Shown one piece after another: positions 58,101-64,000 of a stretch of 64,000 nucleotides of DNA. The notes beneath the pieces are model-generated. The model was not told the origin of the DNA. It did no database searches and worked only from the letters and a program-made list of their open reading frames with translations. How positions within the stretch are numbered: the first letter of the stretch is position 1; each line of letters starts with the position of its first letter. The position numbers and the translations under genes were made by a program. Location of the stretch: assembly GCA_027622665.1 (NCBI GenBank), contig JAQBYT010000002.1:64001-128000 (forward strand), in the 5' to 3' direction. This DNA comes from Verrucomicrobiota bacterium. Lineage in GTDB: Bacteria > Verrucomicrobiota > Verrucomicrobiia > Opitutales > Seribacteraceae.

Positions 58101-59061
58101 AAAGGTCAGCCAAAAGCTGATCCTTGCCTTTGACCGAGATCCAGCTGAGGTTGTTGCCCTGACTGCCGAACCAACCGTTGTGGCCGTTGACGCCGCCAGA
58201 CCAATTCCCGATGAACTGCGGCACCGTCATCGCCATCTCATCGGCAAAGCGGTTGGCAATCCATTGCGGCGCCGGCCGGCCCTGCATCTGAACCGTCACC
58301 GGGATGCCCATCTCGCGCGCCAGTTCGAGCGCCCAACGCTTGCTCTTGTCTTCGAGAATCCCCGCCGCGCTGACGGTCGAGTTGAGCCCGACGTCGATCT
58401 GCAGACCGACGCCCATCGCTTTCGCCCAGGCGAATTTCTCGCGGACATCGTAGGTCGCCTCCTGCTTCTCCGGCGCCTTCAGCGGCGGGTTGCACCAGAA
58501 CCCGAACCCCCAGCGGTCGAACTTGTCCAGGAAGTACGGGACAGGCGCGCCGCTGAAGTCGAGATCGGCGGCCAGGTCGAGCTTCAGGGCGTCGAGCAGC
58601 GTTTCGAGCTCCGCAGTGCCCGGAGCGGTCACGATGAGCACCGACCGGTTCTGCCGCGCGGCGAGAATAACGCCGCAGCCGTCGATCAGGGCCACCGGGA
58701 TCGCGTTGCCGCGGAGTTTGGCGGTGCTCTCGGTCACCCCGCCCAGGGCACGGAGGTCGGACCGATACTTGCCCAACGTGATTCCGGCCTTCTCCGCCGT
58801 GGCGCAGCGCAGGCGCAGCACCGACGCCGTCTCCTTGCCGCCCGCCAGCGCATACTCGACAAATTCGCCCCCGAGCGAACCGTAACCGCGCAGCGGCATG
58901 TCCGGCAGTTCGCTCCGACGCAACTCGGTCAGCCCGGCCGGGGCCGCGGCCGGCACTCTCAGTGAGGATGCGCCCGGTGCACAGCCCGTCGCTCCCGCCA
59001 GCAGGAGGAACAAGCATAACGTACCTGCCGGCAGCGTGAACGATTTCGTTTTTTTCAGCAT
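55147..59061 (-). CDS. 1304-aa lipoprotein, beta-galactosidase-like glycoside hydrolase (GH42-like core, GH2-type sugar-binding inserts)
   Basis: Lipobox-like AGATGC; EWHGE and FSLEPG candidate catalytic Glu; YRDWLRGKYG..VDQRW; WQKIVAPG..FRRTF; trimerisation-like region with IEAWVRAGGIFV; AGGAGG SD. Confidence 0.72.
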   Translation of the reverse strand: MLKKTKSFTLPAGTLCLFLLLAGATGCAPGASSLRVPAAAPAGLTELRRSELPDMPLRGYGSLGGEFVEYALAGGKETASVLRLRCATAEKAGITLGKYRSDLRALGGVTESTAKLRGNAIPVALIDGCGVILAARQNRSVLIVTAPGTAELETLLDALKLDLAADLDFSGAPVPYFLDKFDRWGFGFWCNPPLKAPEKQEATYDVREKFAWAKAMGVGLQIDVGLNSTVSAAGILEDKSKRWALELAREMGIPVTVQMQGRPAPQWIANRFADEMAMTVPQFIGNWSGGVNGHNGWFGSQGNNLSWISVKGKDQLLADLYQSVRRYGGFTNVLGYGEWHGELGSTDHAKFMVYGPVADARYRDWLRGKYGKPATVDQRWSGGRGRIKNWDDIRLPEPAEFLGWGEEAVDLKGEWRRELVEKLPAEAKDKWNVPDLDDSGWQKIVAPGDDRTMFREQRRAPTIFRRTFELTDEQLARVKAGGKVWLYAWTLEKGGLTMEIAVNGQRLPAQTYPAHLSWVAFEVGGLLRPGTNHVALRLPWGKLSYRVYLSPEAPRCYPDLGPEQNARWVDYCDFIAWLREDGLRRSVEAIRREDPDKAIKFMSPQDHSDILKMMGEEYGCYIQDTGGMTGTWIDRLPSLSRSSGLPFSLEPGNPAYDLPSLKAFFSNWLTEGVNAIDYFMDIGDILWRPDLKAWFEARQPLVHLFGKYHGPRAEVAVLEGVRSRRLTGFPWDSFRPTALLWGHRGRGLESHYAVPNPRDLINESDFARGNADRYKVIIDDATLVMDDALIDRIEAWVRAGGIFVTQGHTGRHTPEIPDAWPINRLTGYKPVGYNDNSRVAPVDGQTVFADPAWSKRDAHRPAVGGAGVFLEKVAPECQDILMWEDGKIAMGVRPLGKGKVIAMGTQMPRVATGWTELLKWCGVDVPAAPQAAGCRTAHFVSNNGLYDVYVVSAVFIKEPSSVTLTVPGNRTTMRDILADSNVTGVIAGNNTSFSGLKIEPMETYVFLAPRPGIAAAPLEWINLQRDWWKGTRAPAPAPKLRPWQNTLPLDADWAFRPVPAEMKDAVALAGADVDDHAWDRMDIGVWYGTKYPDTKRGIFRKRFSVPDDWRAQGQTWLWIRGASPGYPTLPGGKMQVYLDGKPVTGGEHGYICENITARLTPGEHTLAVATETLSVIGGIVGNVWLEHVPEPAARQSLAGDWNGVQLPGNTKMERDQVRRTFVPDPAMKGKRALLWIETEGDTVARFFLNGRLINRDFAGRHAMVDITPFLQYDRPNDLSLMSQYPKHTTEVKVVEIRYYDPDQL

Positions 59062-59103
59062 GTCAGACCTCCTGTACGGTAATGGTTGATTTCTTCGCGT
59101 AAC

Positions 59104-59230
59104 AGTTCAGGTATCCAGAATTCAGGAGTCAGAAGACGGAATTCAGAATGGAAAAAATGCCTCTCGCAACTTTCCGCAAGCCTATTTGGCGCAAGTTTTG
59201 AATTCATTCTGTCTCCTATCTCCTGTCTCA
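59104..59230. repeat. Heptamer tandem repeats in inverted orientation (hairpin-like element)
   Basis: tatccag-aattcag-gagtcag-aagacgg-aattcag-aatg (59112-59150) vs cattctg-tctccta-tctcctg-tctca (59205-59230). Confidence 0.6.
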
Positions 59231-59407
59231 ATATCACCATGCGAAATAGAAACATCGAGTTTCTCATCTTCGCGGGTAGGTTCAGTTTTTCTTTCTTCAT
59301 AATCATTTTCCTCTTCTTTTTCTGGGTTCTATGTTTCTGCCCTATTCTTGGGAAAGATCAGTCCAACCCGTGGCGGAGAACGGAATTCGACCGCCCGTTT
59401 GATAATC

Positions 59408-59806
59408 TCACGTGATGTCATTTTCATATTCCTCAGTTTCCGTACGCAGCTGTTCATTCAATGTCTTCGCAAACTCGGCGAACGGTTCGATCACCCCCTG
59501 ATGGTGGAGGCAGAGCTGACCTTGTTCATCGCAGCCTGAGACCCATTTGGCGTAGGTGGTCATGTATTCCCGCTCAAGAGCCAGGGCCTGCTCGGCTTCC
59601 TTCACCAGGTCTTCAAGTTTTTCAGGTGGTGGCCAGCAGCAGTGCTCGTTGCCCAGTGGCCAGGCTTTGTAGCCGAAGAGCGGCAGTTTGGCGTTCTGCA
59701 GATGATAGACTGCTCGAAGATGCAGCGAGCTTATGCGGCAGATGTCGGCCATGTAGCGAGCTTGGTCACGGCCGGTGGCAATCGCGGCTTCGGCAAGTTC
59801 CTGGCT
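59408..59806 (-). pseudogene. 3' fragment of an unknown helical protein
   Basis: Protein-like frame SQELAEAAIATGRDQARYMADICRIS...EEYENDIT* starting at the junction with the FAD gene; no credible start. Confidence 0.55.
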
Positions 59807-60497
59807 CATCGTATTCCGACTTGGCGTCCGGTCCCGAGTCCCACTCGGCGCCACTGCCCTGAATGACGTCGCCCCAGTCGCTCGCGTCAATCGTGAGCCG
59901 GGCTCGGACGATCAGCTCATCTCCTGAGTCAGTTGAAAGGAAGGTAGCCCCAAAGACACAATTTTTCTCGGTCAAAACCCTTTGCAGGCGGTAGTTGGAG
60001 AATCGCTTGAGTTGTCCGGTCTTTTCAAAAGGCGCCAGAAGTTCCCGAAACACGGCTTCGGACACCTTGGGGCGACTGGTGGTGATCACGCGGGTGTTGC
60101 CCGGTCTGGGAACGCCACCGTAGAGCTTGGCGTTCCGTTCCTCGATTGCGTCGATTACGTCCCGAAAAATACCCGAGCGAGGAATCGGCACTGAGCCGTC
60201 GTAGCCATGGGCCCGATTTTCATCAATGGCACCCAACCCCTCGGCACTGAACTGTCCACCCAGCCACTCAATGTCGTTCACCAGGACGATTTTCTTCACA
60301 CCCATGCGGGTCGCTTGAACTGCTGCCGCGCAGCCGCTCTCGGTGCCGCCGACAACGAGCAGGTCGGCCTCGATTGTCTCGGCCCTCGCCGGGTTCGGCC
60401 AGCCGGCCAGGCAGGATGTGGCCGAAAAAAGCAGCAAAGGAAAGAATGGCTTCAACCTGCTATTTTTCTGAAACAAGCGCTTTTTAGATGGAGCCAT
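59802..60497 (-). pseudogene. 5' fragment of a secreted FAD-dependent oxidoreductase (FAD_oxidored family)
   Basis: ADLLVVGGTESGCAAAVQA, WLGGQF, TIDASDWGD, EYDEP then loses similarity and stops. Confidence 0.8.
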
Positions 60498-60515
60498 ATG
60501 AATATCAACCGCTGC

Positions 60516-61808
60516 TCAAGCTATGATTTGTGAAAGAGTTCCGCTGCTATCGGAAAATCGCCCGGCGGGAACATCCAACGCGTTTGTCAGCGTTAGGTAG
60601 AGGTTGGACAGCGGCGGAGCCTTTTTGCCGAAATCATGGAACGTCCCCTGTTTGAGGCCAAGTTTTTCGCCTCCCACCAACATCATAGGATAGTTGGTGT
60701 TGACGTGTGTCTGGCTGTTGCTGCTGCCGTAGAGCACAACCGTATTGTCGAGCATCGTGCCTTCACCTTCGGCGGTGTCCGCCAGCTTGGTTATGAACTC
60801 AGCCAGAAGGTCTGCCTGAAACTTGTCGTACTTGCCAAGTTTAACCAGATTTTCACCTCCTTGTACCGCGTTGTGGGCCAGCAGATGGTGGGTGACACCG
60901 AGCCCGAGAGCGATCGGAACGTTGTCCCACTTGCTGCTGTTCATGCTCTGCAGCATGTAGGTCGCATAACGGGTTGAATCTGTCTTGAACGCCAGATAGA
61001 TGAGGTTGTACATCGTGCGGATGAAAGCCGCCGGATCTTGCACGGAGGCGTTAAGGGCCAACTCGTCCGTGGGCACCTTTGGCTTGGGAGTTGCCGTCCA
61101 GCGCTCCATGCGTTCAATCTCCCTCTCCACTTCTCGCAATGCCTGCATGTACCGCTCCAATTTCTGCGAGTCGTCGCGTCCGAGCTTGCGTTTCATCTCG
61201 CGGTAAGACTCCAGAACGCGATCGAGCCTACGCTTGTCGGATGCCAGTCGCGAACGTTGCCCTTTTTGGAGTTGCGGATCGGAATTAAACATTCCGTCAT
61301 ACAATCCACGCAAGTTGTTCGAGGAAGGAATGCCGCGGCCGAATTGATTGTAAGAAAGCGTGTTCGACCTCCCTTCGCCGCCCAAACCTCCTTCATTCCC
61401 AAGCACGAGACTTGGGTAACGCGTTTTATGTCCGTGGGTCATCGCGGCAACCTGGTCGAACGACGGGCTTTTCACCGTTGCGGCGGGGTTACTGCCGGTA
61501 AGGAATGAATCCGCGGTACTGTGTCCGCCGGCGCTCACGCAATGGGGATGCTCCAATCCTTGCAAAACGGTAATACGCTTGGTCAACGGGTTAAAGGCTT
61601 CCATCGACTTGCCGAATTGCATTTGGCCATCGACCAATTTCGGGTACCAACTCCAATCACCATGCAGGGCGAATCCGTGCCCCACGTACAGGGCCAGGAG
61701 TCGCTTGGGCATTTCAATCGTTCGATCAGTCGCCATGCAGTCGAGGAATGGCAGGCTCAGGGCCACCCCGCCAGCGCCCCGAAGAAATGTACGGCGATCA
61801 ATGTTCAT
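60516..61808 (-). CDS. DUF1552 Tat-exported protein
   Basis: DRRTFLRGAGGVALSLPFL, GGHST..FLTG, HHLLAH, EGEGTMLDNTVVLYG, PLSNLYLT; alternative start 61862. Confidence 0.92.
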   Translation of the reverse strand: MNIDRRTFLRGAGGVALSLPFLDCMATDRTIEMPKRLLALYVGHGFALHGDWSWYPKLVDGQMQFGKSMEAFNPLTKRITVLQGLEHPHCVSAGGHSTADSFLTGSNPAATVKSPSFDQVAAMTHGHKTRYPSLVLGNEGGLGGEGRSNTLSYNQFGRGIPSSNNLRGLYDGMFNSDPQLQKGQRSRLASDKRRLDRVLESYREMKRKLGRDDSQKLERYMQALREVEREIERMERWTATPKPKVPTDELALNASVQDPAAFIRTMYNLIYLAFKTDSTRYATYMLQSMNSSKWDNVPIALGLGVTHHLLAHNAVQGGENLVKLGKYDKFQADLLAEFITKLADTAEGEGTMLDNTVVLYGSSNSQTHVNTNYPMMLVGGEKLGLKQGTFHDFGKKAPPLSNLYLTLTNALDVPAGRFSDSSGTLSQIIA

Positions 61809-61858
61809 TCTCTTGGCATCAACGTCAGTCTGCATATCTGCCCATTTTGGCGCAACGA

Positions 61859-64000
61859 TCATTCTTGAGCCTTTGATTGTGAACTGCACCTGAAAATGTC
61901 TGAGGTGACAATCGCTTTGATCAGGCTTCGCATTTTGTATCCGCTTTCTTCGAATTCCGATTGCAGACTTAGCACGGTCTGCTCATCACGAAAGGTGATC
62001 GGTCTGCCCAGAGCATAGGAAAGCATATGACGGGTAAAGCCATATGCGAATTGCTTGTGACGCTTTTCGAGAAGGAATTTTTTCAAGGGCAACAGGCCGT
62101 CGATCTCTTGTTCGTCAATTGTGACTTTTTTAACAACTGGGCCAGCTTTCCTGATTGATTTCCGCGGTAGGCCCACCGCATCGAGGCCTTCGGTGGCAAT
62201 GCCCCATGGATCGATATCCTTGTGGCAGTCGTAACACGTTGTGCCTGACTTAAGGTGCAAATCCAATCTTTGCTTGACTGATACTGGGACTCTGGCTTTG
62301 GCATCGCTGGACGGTTCCGGTAATGAAGCCACATCCGGTGGCGGATCGGAAGGCGGATCACCCAGCAGTCGCGAACGTATCCAAACCCCACGGTTGACTG
62401 CGTGGGCATCCTGCCCATTGGATTGGGACAGCATGACCGCAGGCTGCGCCAATACGCCGCCCCCTCGATGATCAGGCGCGTCAACGGACACAAATTTTGG
62501 TGTGTAGACATCGGCGATGCCGTAATGCTCAGCCAGCACTTCATTCACCATAACGAAATCAGATTCAAGAAAACTGAGGCAACTAAGGTCATGGTTGAGA
62601 ACGCGCGCAAAGAATTCGATGCATTCCAGCTTCATGTATTCCCTGATTCGCATGCCACGGTCTTTGAATGCGGGGTAGTCATTCGGATCCACCGCGATCT
62701 GATCGAAGCGGGTGAAATCGATCCATTGCGCCACAAAGTCTTCCACAAACCGCCGTGCTCGATTGTCAGCGAGCAAACGGTCCACCTGCTGCTCGATCGC
62801 GGAGTCACCAAGATATTCCTGCTCACCGGCCAACGTGGTCAACGGCGTATCCGGCGGCCCGTTCCACAGGAAGTAAGACAAGCGGGAGACTAAGTCGTAA
62901 TTGTTTGATTGTCGCAGGTACAGAAACCGTGGGTCACTAAGGATTGTAACGATTGAGCTTCGCAGGGCTTCAAGGTCACTGCTACTCGCCTTAATTTCTT
63001 CCGCCCATACCTTATCTATATGTATCGCGTCGGATTTGGTCAGCGGTCCACGCCAAGCCTTTGCGGCAAATGCCTTCAACTTGCCCGTCATATCTTTTCG
63101 CTCTAACTTATCCTCTGTTAAGAATGGCTGAAGGGAGGGAGGTGGCCAACTTTCAGAAAACGGCGCTTCAAACTCCACCTTTTCGATAACCACATAGCCA
63201 TGTGTTTTCATCGCTTCGGGATATACCGCGGGGCCTTTTGCTTCATTGCCGTGCGTGCCGTTGTTTCCATTTGCCGAGGGGATTAAACCGTGAGTATGGC
63301 CAAACGCCTTGATCCATTGCTCATCAGGCCGCACAAGGAAAATGGGTTCGGTGGTCGCAAATCGCGCAGGCAGTTTAAATCCTTTGAGCTTGTTGTGATT
63401 TACGATCGATAGCGTGCGGAACTTCAGCCAGTAACCGGGGCTTCGATCTTCGGCTACAATGGGTTCGGAAACCACGCCGAGGTGATCTTCCAGGATGCCG
63501 AATAATTCAAATTGCTGCGGGCCTTCTTTGACGGGGACGGTGATCGGCTCCACCAACTTGTAAGGATGCTTGCCGGACTGATCGAGGTACACGCCGATTT
63601 CCTGCGGCGTGCGAGCGGTCCCCCGTTGTTCAAATTTTCTATATCGAATAGCAAGGTCAGTCTTCGCAGACATTGGCGTAAGGACTATCCGGTGAGGGGT
63701 TAAGTCGTCTCCATAGCGAGCGCTCACCTGCAGTGGCCCCGCTGGTAAGCGAACTCCCAAAAATGCCGGTTGATGAATAGTTCCGGTAAATTCGCGGCCG
63801 CCCAAATTCAAGGTCAGTTCCTCCGGTGATTCCAGGGGTTCCCGTACGAATTGTTTCCCCGATTCCAAGAGGGCCTGAATTTCCTTCACGTCCAGAGCTC
63901 GCTTGTAAAAACAGACCTCATCAATCTGTCCCTTGAAAAGCCGTGAGCCCTGTATCCGGCCAATGTGCAAAGCCACCGTCGGATTGTCCAAATTAGTGGG
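61859..64000 (-). CDS. LamG plus DUF1595/DUF1592/DUF1588/DUF1585 cytochrome c protein (5' end outside window)
   Basis: FKGQIDEVCFYKRAL (LamG end), YDLVSRLSYFLWNGPPD, RGGGVL..VNRGVW, CYDCH..IDPWG, MLSYALGR. Confidence 0.88.
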   Translation of the reverse strand, partial: PTNLDNPTVALHIGRIQGSRLFKGQIDEVCFYKRALDVKEIQALLESGKQFVREPLESPEELTLNLGGREFTGTIHQPAFLGVRLPAGPLQVSARYGDDLTPHRIVLTPMSAKTDLAIRYRKFEQRGTARTPQEIGVYLDQSGKHPYKLVEPITVPVKEGPQQFELFGILEDHLGVVSEPIVAEDRSPGYWLKFRTLSIVNHNKLKGFKLPARFATTEPIFLVRPDEQWIKAFGHTHGLIPSANGNNGTHGNEAKGPAVYPEAMKTHGYVVIEKVEFEAPFSESWPPPSLQPFLTEDKLERKDMTGKLKAFAAKAWRGPLTKSDAIHIDKVWAEEIKASSSDLEALRSSIVTILSDPRFLYLRQSNNYDLVSRLSYFLWNGPPDTPLTTLAGEQEYLGDSAIEQQVDRLLADNRARRFVEDFVAQWIDFTRFDQIAVDPNDYPAFKDRGMRIREYMKLECIEFFARVLNHDLSCLSFLESDFVMVNEVLAEHYGIADVYTPKFVSVDAPDHRGGGVLAQPAVMLSQSNGQDAHAVNRGVWIRSRLLGDPPSDPPPDVASLPEPSSDAKARVPVSVKQRLDLHLKSGTTCYDCHKDIDPWGIATEGLDAVGLPRKSIRKAGPVVKKVTIDEQEIDGLLPLKKFLLEKRHKQFAYGFTRHMLSYALGRPITFRDEQTVLSLQSEFEESGYKMRSLIKAIVTSDIFRCSSQSKAQE

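Noticed and set aside
55153..58965. Long plus-strand ORFs (563 aa, 482 aa)
   Set aside because: Antisense shadows of the high-GC 1304-aa gene, with no recognisable motifs

Overview
Bacterial DNA with a strong PVC-superphylum signature: planctomycete-type cytochrome c/DUF1592 plus DUF1552 pairs, many sulfatases, DUF1080 and ThuA-like proteins. A Verrucomicrobiota origin is my inference. Layout: (1) 1-11.4 kb, a secreted sulfatase/esterase cluster. (2) 11.7-14.6 kb, a two-gene housekeeping islet (MYG1-family, ABC-F). (3) 15-18 kb, DUF1080 genes and a GntR/LacI-type regulator. (4) 18.4-47.2 kb, a tightly packed co-oriented run built around a MoxR-DUF58-vWA/BatA-coiled-coil module. It continues with mirror-ordered duplicated secreted alpha/alpha-barrel and beta-propeller genes around a DUF1592/DUF1552/FGE-domain core, then esterases. 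(5) 47.3-52.7 kb, a SolA-like oxidase, PLP lyase, rhaA and BCCT transporter. (6) 53-64 kb on the minus strand, a ThuA protein, a high-GC giant glycoside-hydrolase-like lipoprotein and a third DUF1592/DUF1552 pair. Two things stand out: the MoxR-associated envelope system, and at least six junctions where a gene breaks off and is joined to unrelated sequence (deletion scars or assembly chimeras). I found no rRNA, tRNA, CRISPR array, transposase or integrase. All family calls come from motif recognition by eye, not database searches.
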